Shown one piece after another: positions 8,031 to 16,661 of a stretch of DNA of 64,000 bases (the stretch's first letter is position 1; the number at the start of each line of letters is the position of its first letter). Location: contig CAZGBQ010000003.1 in the NCBI GenBank assembly GCA_964524045.1, positions 1,488 through 65,487 of the forward strand. Reading direction: 5' to 3'. Source of the stretch: an uncultured Acidobacteriaceae bacterium (lineage in GTDB: Bacteria; Acidobacteriota; Terriglobia; Acidiferrales; UBA7541). The position numbers and the translations under genes were made by a program. The notes under the pieces were generated by a model, which was not told the origin of the DNA, did no database searches, and saw only the letters and a program-made list of their open reading frames with translations.

Positions 8031-10158
8031 GGAAATGGGCAAGGTCACGGATCGCACCCGCTTCGTTTTTGCGGTATCGAGCTTGATTTTTCTGGCCGTG
8101 CTCGCTATCTCGCCCTTCAAGGACTATCGCCGCGAATGGAAGCAGTACAAACGCTCCTACTGGCGCTTTGCGCAGGGTCGTCCGGACACGAAACGCCTGT
8201 CGGCGGACTACAGCCCCAGTATCGATCAGATCTGGCTCCCCGGCATGAACGTCGTCGATCGCTGCACGACTTGCCATCAGGGAATCACGCAGGCGAGCCT
8301 CGGGGATAAGGCCGTTCCGCAACCTTTCCGCGCGCATCCGCCCATTCCCCACAATGTTCGCGACTGGGGCTGCACCATTTGTCACCGCGGCCAGGGTCCC
8401 GCCACGGAGGTTGCGGAAGCGCACGAATCTACGCTGGCCTGGGAACAGCCTGCTCTGCCCACACGCTTTATCCAGGCTTCTTGCGGCACGTGCCATCTCG
8501 CCGATCTTCCACAAACGCTACAGCTGACCAAGGGCCGGCAGGTCCTTGCTGAATTGAATTGCCAGGGCTGCCACAAAATGCAGGGTATCGAGCGGCCGGA
8601 GATGCTTGGCCCGGACCTCTCCAGCGTCGGCACGAAAGTCAGCCGCGAGTGGATTTACAAATGGCTGAAAGAGCCGCGCACCATCGTCGACAAAGACGGC
8701 AATGTCACCGTCAACGGCGTCGAGACCGAAGAAGAGCCGCGCATGCCGAAGTTCCGGCTCACGGAGGCGGAACTTCGTGCGCTCTCTGGCTATCTCAGCC
8801 TTCAAAAAGCCAAAGCGATTACACCGTACAGAATCTCTGCTGCCGTGGTAGCCGCCTGGAGCAAGAACCCCGAACTGATTTCACAGGGCGAATTGCGCTT
8901 CCGGCAAATGTTTTGCTCCACCTGCCATTCCCTGGCAGTTACGCGTGCCGGAGAAACAAAGCTCATTGGCGGCAACATTGGCCCTGAGCTGACCAAGGTC
9001 GGCAGCAAGGTGAATTCAGATTGGCTCATCGCCTGGCTGCGCGATCCGGAGAGCTACCTGCCGCACACGCGCATGCCGCACTACGGCTGGTCGGACGAAG
9101 ACCTTTTCAAGGTCTCGCAATACATCGCTACGAAGCTGGTCGATTCGGACTTGTTGACCAACGTTCCGAAACTTGATCCGCCGACTGACGAAGAAATGCA
9201 GCTTGGCCGCCGACTCTTCACGGAAAAAGGCTGCGCGAGCTGCCACGTCATCGTAGGGCTTAGTCCGCAAAAGGACTTTGGTCCGGACTTGAGCGCGCTC
9301 GGCGGCAAGAACGCTTCGGAACTGGAATTCGGCGCCGCGAACATTCCGCACAATCTCGTTTCGTACATTCAAGCGAAGCTGCAGGATCCCGTTTCCGTCA
9401 ATCCCGCCGCGCGCATGCCGCAATACAACTGGGAGCCAGGAGACCTGGATGCAGTTACAACGGCACTGCTCAGCATGAAAGGTGCTCCGCCGACCAGCGC
9501 GTTGCAGAATCTGGTTGTACCACGCAAGGAAGCTGCGTTTCGTCCGACGGGTTCATTTGCCGAAGTCTACGAGCGCTACAAATGCTACGTCTGCCACAAA
9601 TTCAATGGCTACGGCGGAGACTTGGCGCCCGACCTCACCTATGAAGGAAGCCGCGCGCAGCGGCAGTGGCTTGTTGAGTTTCTGAAGAGTCCGCAGACGC
9701 TGCGGCCGACGCTCATTCTCCGCATGCCACAACTCAACATGAGCGACAAGGACGCGACCACGTTGGCAGACTATCTCTCGATGGTCATGCAACATCCCAC
9801 GGTCAATCCTGCGACCACCGACACAAAGCAGTTCACGCCCGCGCTGGCCGCTCTCGGCAAACAACTCTACGAAGTCAAATATCAGTGCCAGTCATGCCAC
9901 ACCATTGGCAGCTCCGGTGGATACGTGGGGCCAAATCTTAATAATGCCGGCGGCTGGCTCACTCCGGCCTGGATCGAAGCCTGGCTGAAGAACCCGCAGG
10001 CGCTTATGCCCGATAGTATCGAGCCCCGCCGGAACTTCACCGACGAGGAGATTAGAGCTCTGGCCGCCTATCTCATGACCTTACGGGCAGGGATCAAGCC
10101 GCAAAAGAGCGCGAGCCTCTTCGCTCCGCATGCCGCGGGACAGGGGGCGGGCCGATGA
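8020..10158 (+). CDS. membrane-anchored octaheme cytochrome c
   Basis: SD GGAGG 8011; N-terminal TM; 8 CxxCH motifs (CTTCH, CTICH, CGTCH, CQGCH, CSTCH, CASCH, CYVCH, CQSCH); repeated GPDL...W...P...RMP domains. Confidence 0.9.
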   Translation: MSAEEMGKVTDRTRFVFAVSSLIFLAVLAISPFKDYRREWKQYKRSYWRFAQGRPDTKRLSADYSPSIDQIWLPGMNVVDRCTTCHQGITQASLGDKAVPQPFRAHPPIPHNVRDWGCTICHRGQGPATEVAEAHESTLAWEQPALPTRFIQASCGTCHLADLPQTLQLTKGRQVLAELNCQGCHKMQGIERPEMLGPDLSSVGTKVSREWIYKWLKEPRTIVDKDGNVTVNGVETEEEPRMPKFRLTEAELRALSGYLSLQKAKAITPYRISAAVVAAWSKNPELISQGELRFRQMFCSTCHSLAVTRAGETKLIGGNIGPELTKVGSKVNSDWLIAWLRDPESYLPHTRMPHYGWSDEDLFKVSQYIATKLVDSDLLTNVPKLDPPTDEEMQLGRRLFTEKGCASCHVIVGLSPQKDFGPDLSALGGKNASELEFGAANIPHNLVSYIQAKLQDPVSVNPAARMPQYNWEPGDLDAVTTALLSMKGAPPTSALQNLVVPRKEAAFRPTGSFAEVYERYKCYVCHKFNGYGGDLAPDLTYEGSRAQRQWLVEFLKSPQTLRPTLILRMPQLNMSDKDATTLADYLSMVMQHPTVNPATTDTKQFTPALAALGKQLYEVKYQCQSCHTIGSSGGYVGPNLNNAGGWLTPAWIEAWLKNPQALMPDSIEPRRNFTDEEIRALAAYLMTLRAGIKPQKSASLFAPHAAGQGAGR

Positions 10159-10646
10159 GACTTCGCACCTTGTTCTTTCTTGTCGCTCTTATGGCCATAA
10201 CCTGTGCCTCTGGTTGCCGAAAGCAAACGGGCCCCGCGAAGGCCGATCCACTCCTGGCCGCTTACGATTCCGAACCGGACTGGACTGATTCTCAGAAAAC
10301 TGTTCCGCTGGGCTATCAGCAAACACAAGGAAAGCGCGTCTTTTACCAGTATTGCGTCTGGTGCCACGCGGATGCGACGCCTGCAGGCCCGTCGAACCGT
10401 TCTAATCTCATACCCGTCCCGCCACTGCTCAACGACGGCACCACGCTCAATGCCGAGAGCGACGAATACATGCAGAACATCATCACGCTGGGAGGCAGTG
10501 CAATGGGCAAGTCCGCGATGATGCCGCCCTACGGCCGCACGCTTTCGGCGGAGGAAATCCGGTCCGTCATCGCTTTTACTCGTGCCCTCGCTCAGCCACC
10601 CTACCAGCCTCCCGGCCGCCCAAGATCGCAATATTCCGCCAAATAG
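10155..10646 (+). CDS. monoheme cytochrome c lipoprotein
   Basis: Lipobox ASGC; CVWCH; distal MMPPY. Confidence 0.88.
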   Translation: MRLRTLFFLVALMAITCASGCRKQTGPAKADPLLAAYDSEPDWTDSQKTVPLGYQQTQGKRVFYQYCVWCHADATPAGPSNRSNLIPVPPLLNDGTTLNAESDEYMQNIITLGGSAMGKSAMMPPYGRTLSAEEIRSVIAFTRALAQPPYQPPGRPRSQYSAK

Positions 10647-10664
10647 GAGATACTTTTTCGGTCC

Positions 10665-12032
10665 ATGAAATCGGAGCACTTTCCAACTTTTCATAGGAGC
10701 AGGATTCTACGCACACTAGTATTGTTGCTCGCCGCTTGTGCGGTGCCCACTTCCGCTCAAGTGAGTCCCGATGAGATTCTGAATCCTGACCTTAAGGCGC
10801 TTGAGCAAACTTACTTTCAGCAGTTGATTGGAATCAACCAATCCATCGCCAAAACCAAATTCCCTTTTCCTTTTTATCTCAGCCGCTACGTCGGGTTGGA
10901 TCCCGCCAAGCAAGCGGAAGCTGATTCACGTGGCTTGGAGTTCGTGCGTTTTCAGGATCGCGTCATTCTGAAAATTACGGGAAATTACAACGCCGCGTAT
11001 GACAGCGTGCGCTTCACGCAAAACGAACGCGCTGCGGCAACATTTCGTTCCGTCGTTTTCCCCGCATTGAGCGCGGTCACTGCGGCTCTGCCCGAGGATT
11101 TAGCTTGCGATGGCATCGGTTTCGAAATCTCGCACCACGCACGCACCAAGCAGAGCAGCTACGACTTCGAAGGCAAGGAAATTCTCGTGGTCGTGCTCAA
11201 CCGCGCGGATGCCTGGGCAATGTCCCGCGCAGCAGACGATCCCGGGCGCCAGGAGATTCTGAACCGTTCGCAGGTGTTTATCAGTGGCAAGGATTATGGA
11301 CTCTCGCTTACGGAACGCGATCCGCTGAACGTGGAAACCCTTCCGCGGTCTATTCCCGCCAAGCCAGACGCAACTTCTTCGGCGCGTTCCTCCAGTCTGG
11401 CTTCTCGTTCGCCCCTGCTGAAACCAGTGATCACCCCTCCAATTGCCGCGCCTGCCCCAGCGGAACCTGCGCCTGCTGCTCCGCCAAGCACCGCTATGGC
11501 CGGCACCAATCCTCCTTCATCCGCAGCCGCTGATTCACTGCTTGTCACTCCCGCCGCCACAAAGGCAGACGCGGATCGCCTGGACGAAAAATATGCCCCG
11601 CAACTGACCGCGCTCGCCAAGGAAGGCGCCGCCAAACTCCATTTCGTCACATATGCTCCGCCAACATTCATGCTCTTCCACGATCAGATTGCCCTTCAAA
11701 TGACGCTGAAGAATTCTCTGCAATTCGGGCCTGCGAAAGGCTCTATCTACAAGCGTGCCGCTCAAAGTTTCGACCTCTTTCTCGCGCCGCTTCTGAAAGA
11801 TATTTCCGAGCGCATTTCTCCCTCCGTGGAATTCCAGCTTTATGACTTCTCCGTGCTGAACAAACTTTCACCCACAGCGAAGGAAACTTCCGAGGCCATC
11901 GAGTTCATTTGCCCACGCAAGGCCCTCAAGCAATTCGTCAACGCTGAAATCACGAACCAGCAGTTGCTCGATCAAAGCATCGTCCTTGTCAACGGCGTTC
12001 GCATCGCCTTGAATCTGCAACTTGTTGAGTAA
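10665..12032 (+). CDS. secreted hypothetical protein, two related domains joined by a Pro/Ala/Ser linker
   Basis: Signal peptide ending SAQ; low-complexity linker; paired motifs in the two halves. Confidence 0.75.
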   Translation: MKSEHFPTFHRSRILRTLVLLLAACAVPTSAQVSPDEILNPDLKALEQTYFQQLIGINQSIAKTKFPFPFYLSRYVGLDPAKQAEADSRGLEFVRFQDRVILKITGNYNAAYDSVRFTQNERAAATFRSVVFPALSAVTAALPEDLACDGIGFEISHHARTKQSSYDFEGKEILVVVLNRADAWAMSRAADDPGRQEILNRSQVFISGKDYGLSLTERDPLNVETLPRSIPAKPDATSSARSSSLASRSPLLKPVITPPIAAPAPAEPAPAAPPSTAMAGTNPPSSAAADSLLVTPAATKADADRLDEKYAPQLTALAKEGAAKLHFVTYAPPTFMLFHDQIALQMTLKNSLQFGPAKGSIYKRAAQSFDLFLAPLLKDISERISPSVEFQLYDFSVLNKLSPTAKETSEAIEFICPRKALKQFVNAEITNQQLLDQSIVLVNGVRIALNLQLVE

Positions 12033-12093
12033 GAAAAATTCAACTGCACGCATGTAACTATGCTTATAATATAATTAAGTAGTTTATTTAGAA

Positions 12094-12135
12094 TGGCGTG
12101 GCGACGTGACTCGAACCCCCGGCCTCTGCCGTAAC
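12094..12135 (-). pseudogene. degenerate tRNA-Asp-like 3' fragment (att-site relic)
   Basis: Minus strand GTTACGGCAGAGGCCGGGGGTTCGAGTCACGTCGCCACGCCA: T-loop GTTCGAGTC and CCA end, no 5' half. Confidence 0.65.
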
Positions 12136-12441
12136 CTGGACCTTCCCATTACTGCGGCGACGACGCGGGCTGCGCTACCTTGGATGTTTCAACAAGCATC
12201 CTTACAGTCACGCTACGACGATGCAGGGAAACTCGCGACCGCGGACAGTAAGTCTTTTGATCCATGTCCCGGGACACGATTAGGGTGAATGTAAGCTTTT
12301 TTGGTAATCGGAATTCAGTTTGTCGAGAAATGGCCGCATTTAGGATAGGTTTACCTTTACTGGGCTAATTTCCATAATGAGACAGTTTCGCAGACAACGT
12401 CATGATCCAGGTTCCCTGAATTCGTGAGCGGAGGATCGATA

Positions 12442-13965
12442 ATGAAGAGGCGCGAATTGATTCAGGCGGCGATCTCGGCAGGGGCACTAAATCTTATGAC
12501 GAGCCAGAGTACTCCTGCTGCTGGTCAAGAGCCAAGAGTCCAAGGCCAATCGGAACAAAGCAAGTTTCCGGAGGTTTCGGGGTTGACGCGTTATGCGGCC
12601 GAATTTGCGTTGAAGCTGAAGTATGAAGATATTCCGGCCCAAGTGGTCGCTCTGGGAAAGAAGTCTATCTTGGACGGATTTGGATTGGCCTTGGCCGGGT
12701 CGGCTAGCAAAATCGGGGGGATCTGCCGCAAGTACGTGCAGTTGCTAGGGACGCCGCCGCATGGAAGCTCCACTATTATTGGCAGCTCACAGAAGGCGAC
12801 ACCGCGATTTGCGGCATTTGCGAACGGCGTGTCCATTCACGCGGATGATTTTGACGATACGCAACTTGCTGTTGCGAAAGACCGCACATACGGACTGCTG
12901 ACGCATCCCACAGCGCCCGTGCTCCCAGCCGTTTTCGCTCTTGCGGAAGCTAGAGGCGCGTCGGGTAAGGATTTGCTGACCGCGTATCATGCAGGCGTGG
13001 AGGTAGAAACAAAAGTCGCTGAGGCGATTTCACCTCGCCATTACGAAGATGGGTTTCACTCGACCGGGACGTGTGGCTCATTTGGGTCGGTAGCTGCGTC
13101 AGCGAAAATGCGCGGCTTGACGTCCGATGAAACAGTAAGTGCTTTCGGAATTGTGGCGGCCGAGGCCGCGGGTGTGCGGGAGAATTTCGGAACAATGACG
13201 AAGCCATTTCAAGCGGGACACGCAGCTGAAAATGGCGTTGCCGCGGTGGACCTGGCCAGTCTCGGCTGGACGGGCGCGGTTGAAGTCCTGGAGGCGAAGC
13301 GCGGCTTTTTCCGCGCCTATGGCGGATCGTACGATCCTGCAGCCATCCAGAACAAGCTTGGGAATCCGTGGACATTTGTGAATCCAGGAGTCTCTTTGAA
13401 GCCTTACCCTTCGGGGTCGCTGACGCATCCCGCGATGGGAGCAATGCTGCGGCTAGTCGAGAAATTCGGTATCAAGCCCGAGGATGTGGGAAAGGTTGAC
13501 GTGGGAACCAACCGGAACATGCCCAACACACTGATCCATCACCACCCCGATAATGGCCTGGAGGCGAAGTTCAGCATGGAATACTGCATTGCCTTGTTAC
13601 TGGTGGAGAGGAAACCGTCTCTCGCACACTTCACGGACGAATTCGTGAAACGCGCGGACATGCAGGCGCTGCTGCGGCGCGTCAACTTTTACGTCGATCC
13701 AGTAGCTGAGAGGGCGGGCTACGACAAAATGACATCACTGGTCACGGTGCACATGAAAGATGGTCAAGTTGTAAAAGATCAGGCGGATTTTGCGAAAGGC
13801 AGCCCGGCGGACCCGATGACATTTGACGAGGCGGGCACGAAGTTCCGCGGTTGCGCGGAATTTGCGAAGTGGCCAGCTAACAAAACAGAGGCCGTTATAA
13901 AAGCCGTGAGCAAGCTGGAGGCAGCCGCGAATCTGAAGGACTTGACGATGTTGCTTCAGGCCTAG
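12442..13965 (+). CDS. MmgE/PrpD family protein with Tat-type leader
   Basis: SD GGAGG; MKRRELIQ; HADDFDDT..THP; GFHSTG; TMTKPFQAG; LKPYPSG; AKFS; KGSPADPM. Confidence 0.9.
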   Translation: MKRRELIQAAISAGALNLMTSQSTPAAGQEPRVQGQSEQSKFPEVSGLTRYAAEFALKLKYEDIPAQVVALGKKSILDGFGLALAGSASKIGGICRKYVQLLGTPPHGSSTIIGSSQKATPRFAAFANGVSIHADDFDDTQLAVAKDRTYGLLTHPTAPVLPAVFALAEARGASGKDLLTAYHAGVEVETKVAEAISPRHYEDGFHSTGTCGSFGSVAASAKMRGLTSDETVSAFGIVAAEAAGVRENFGTMTKPFQAGHAAENGVAAVDLASLGWTGAVEVLEAKRGFFRAYGGSYDPAAIQNKLGNPWTFVNPGVSLKPYPSGSLTHPAMGAMLRLVEKFGIKPEDVGKVDVGTNRNMPNTLIHHHPDNGLEAKFSMEYCIALLLVERKPSLAHFTDEFVKRADMQALLRRVNFYVDPVAERAGYDKMTSLVTVHMKDGQVVKDQADFAKGSPADPMTFDEAGTKFRGCAEFAKWPANKTEAVIKAVSKLEAAANLKDLTMLLQA

Positions 13966-13971
13966 AGCGGT

Positions 13972-15036
13972 TCAAGATCCTTCGGCCAGACAAGCGATTG
14001 CCTCACCCACTTCTTCCGTGGTCGATTTGCCCCCTATGTCAGGTGTGCGCACTTGTGAAGCAGCGAGGACTTTGGCGATGGCAGATTCGACGGCATCCGC
14101 GGCATCGGAAAAGCCGAGATGGCGAAGCATCATAGCGCCGGACCAGATTTGCCCAATGGGGTTGGCAATCCCTTTTCCTGCGATGTCCGGCGCAGATCCG
14201 TGGACAGGCTCGAACATCGAGGGAAATTCCCTTTCGGGATTGAGATTGGCGGACGGTGCAAGACCGATGGAGCCAACTACGGCCGGGCCGAGGTCGGAAA
14301 GGATATCACCGAACAGATTGGAGCCAACCACCACGTCAAACCAGTCTGGGTGGCGAACGAAATGAGCAGTCAAGATGTCGATGTGAAATTGATCCGTGCG
14401 CACATCCGGGTACTGGGTGGCAAGTTCTCTGAAGCACTGGTCCCAAAAAGGCATGGTGTAGATGATGCCGTTGGACTTTGTGGCTGAAGTGAGATGCTTT
14501 TTGCTCTTACGCGCAAGCTCGAAAGCGTAGCGCAGAATGCGCTCAACACCGCGGCGGGTAAAGATCGTTTGTTGTACGGCCATTTCGTCAGATGTTCCTT
14601 CGTAAAGCCTGCCGCCGATGTTAGAGTATTCCCCTTCGTTGTTCTCCCGCACTACGGAAAAGTCAATTTGACCGGTCTGCCAATTCTTGAGCGGTGATTC
14701 GATGCCTTGAAACAAGCGCACGGGGCGGAGATTCACGTACTGGCGGAAACCGCGCCGAATGGGAATAAGCAGACCCCAAAGCGAGATATGATCGGGAACA
14801 CTGGGGTGGCCGACAGCTCCGAGAAAAATCGAATCAAACTCGCGGAGTTGCTCGAGACCATCGGCTGGCATCATCTGGCCGGTTTTGATATAGGCTTCGC
14901 AACCCCAGTCATATTTTTGCCAGCGAAATTGGAAGCCGAAGTGCCGACCTACCGCGTCGAGGACTCGAATGCCTTCGGGAACGACTTCTTTGCCTATGCC
15001 GTCGCCGGGAATCACCGCAATGTTCAGAGTTTTCAT
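13972..15036 (-). CDS. ttuC: tartrate dehydrogenase/decarboxylase / D-malate dehydrogenase
   Basis: IPGDGIGKEV; PDHISLWGLLIPIRR; RENNEGEYS; TSATKSNG; NLFGDILSD; FEPVHGSAPDIAGK. Confidence 0.92.
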   Translation of the reverse strand: MKTLNIAVIPGDGIGKEVVPEGIRVLDAVGRHFGFQFRWQKYDWGCEAYIKTGQMMPADGLEQLREFDSIFLGAVGHPSVPDHISLWGLLIPIRRGFRQYVNLRPVRLFQGIESPLKNWQTGQIDFSVVRENNEGEYSNIGGRLYEGTSDEMAVQQTIFTRRGVERILRYAFELARKSKKHLTSATKSNGIIYTMPFWDQCFRELATQYPDVRTDQFHIDILTAHFVRHPDWFDVVVGSNLFGDILSDLGPAVVGSIGLAPSANLNPEREFPSMFEPVHGSAPDIAGKGIANPIGQIWSGAMMLRHLGFSDAADAVESAIAKVLAASQVRTPDIGGKSTTEEVGEAIACLAEGS

Positions 15037-15039
15037 CTG

Positions 15040-16383
15040 TCAGCACGGCTCAGCCGGTTCATTGTTGCCCGTCAAGACCGCGGATTGCGAAGGCAGACGG
15101 GTGGTGCGCAAAAACATAGCCAGAGCAGCGGCCACCAAGGTGATCACTCCGAGATAGGCAAAGCCCGAAAGAAAATTCCCCGTCTTCTTGTTGAGATAAC
15201 CAACAATAAGCGGCGCAAAATACGCTCCGAGGTTCCCGATCGCGTTCGCGAAACCCATCACGGAGCCTACGATGCGAGAGGGCAAGGTCTCTGTCGGTAT
15301 TGCCCAGAATGGACCCATCGGGCCGTATGCGCCGATTCCGCTAAACACGATGAAGACGAACCCGAGCAAAAGCGAATAGGAGATCGAGGCTACGGCAATT
15401 AGAATGCAAACGCCGCCCAAAGCCATGGCAAGCGCAACGTGATGGCGACGCTCGCGCACTTGGTCTGAGTGGTTGGCGATAAGTAACAAAGTAATGGCGC
15501 CAAAGAAGAAAGGGAGAGTGTACAAAAGGCCTGTAGAGAGGCCACTAAGATTTCTGAACTTTCCCATGGCGCTGGGAAGCCAAAAGAGCAAACCCATCTG
15601 GCCGCTGACAAAGCAGAAATAAACTGCAGCGAGAAGGAATACTTGTGGAGAGAGAAGTTCGCGCCAGTAGGAAGTACTTCGCGTGCTTTCGAGCGCGCTT
15701 GATTCGCGTTTCAGCGTTTCCACAAGCGAATCGCGCTCGGGCTTCGGAAGCCACGACGCCTCGCTAGGGTGGTCCTGAACGAAAAGCAACCAGACCGCCA
15801 GCCACAGAAAGGGCAACGAGCCCTCAGCAACAAGCATGACGCGCCAACTCCAGTGATCCAGGATCCACCCGGAGAATGGCGAGGATAAAATGACGGCGCC
15901 TGGCAAACACAGCAGCCAGAATGCGTTAGCGCGGGCTCGTTCGGAGCGGGAAAACCAGTGCGAAAGAAGGATCAGCGTGGCGGGATAAACCCCGCTTTCA
16001 GCGATGCCGAGAAGCAAACGAAGCAATAGTAGCTCACGATAGGTCCGTGCTACACCGCACCCAACCGCGCAGATGCCCCAAACAACCAGTAGAACGCTGA
16101 TGAACTTCTTAGCACTCCAGTGTTTGGCAAGATGGCCACCGGGGATTTGCAGGGCCACGTACCCCCAGAAGAAAATCCCAGCAACCGTACCTGCTTGCTG
16201 CGGATCGAGGTGCAGGTCACGACTGATTTTGGGCAGGGCCAGGGAAATGTTAGTCCGGTCGATAAAAGCGATAGTGTACATGATGAGCGCGACGGGAATA
16301 ATGCGCAGCCAACGCTTGGAAGTGGGGGCTTCGCCTGCTTTCTGAGCAGGGAGTGTTTGCAGAGTTCTGTTTTCCATTGTCAT
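15040..16383 (-). CDS. MFS transporter, ACS family (TtuB-like)
   Basis: FIDRTNIS; GIFFWGY..QIPGG; GIAESG..WFSRSERARA; 12-TM pattern. Confidence 0.9.
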   Translation of the reverse strand: MTMENRTLQTLPAQKAGEAPTSKRWLRIIPVALIMYTIAFIDRTNISLALPKISRDLHLDPQQAGTVAGIFFWGYVALQIPGGHLAKHWSAKKFISVLLVVWGICAVGCGVARTYRELLLLRLLLGIAESGVYPATLILLSHWFSRSERARANAFWLLCLPGAVILSSPFSGWILDHWSWRVMLVAEGSLPFLWLAVWLLFVQDHPSEASWLPKPERDSLVETLKRESSALESTRSTSYWRELLSPQVFLLAAVYFCFVSGQMGLLFWLPSAMGKFRNLSGLSTGLLYTLPFFFGAITLLLIANHSDQVRERRHHVALAMALGGVCILIAVASISYSLLLGFVFIVFSGIGAYGPMGPFWAIPTETLPSRIVGSVMGFANAIGNLGAYFAPLIVGYLNKKTGNFLSGFAYLGVITLVAAALAMFLRTTRLPSQSAVLTGNNEPAEPC

Positions 16384-16480
16384 GCGAGATCGAACTAAGG
16401 CCGTCTGGCAATTGCTGGTGCCAAGCACTGGAACAGCTGAATACAATAACTTAGGCGAGCGCGTCAGCGTCAGCCTGAAT

Positions 16481-16529
16481 AGAAATTAATATCGAATTCA
16501 GTTTGAACAGGAATAGGCGGGGTATGCTC
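16481..16529 (+). promoter_or_regulatory. direct-repeat activator box plus -10 element (copy 1)
   Basis: AGAAATTAA-TATCGAA-TTCAG, then TATGCTC at 16523. Confidence 0.6.
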
Positions 16530-16661
16530 CGTGCGCTGAACACCCATTTAAGGCGGAAATGGGGTTGCGCTTGGCGGGCGTGCCGCATAAGGATGGGGGC
16601 GCATCGGCTGCTCTCGATTATCTTGCGCCGGCTGCGCCAAAAGAGATACTGACCTAGATCA

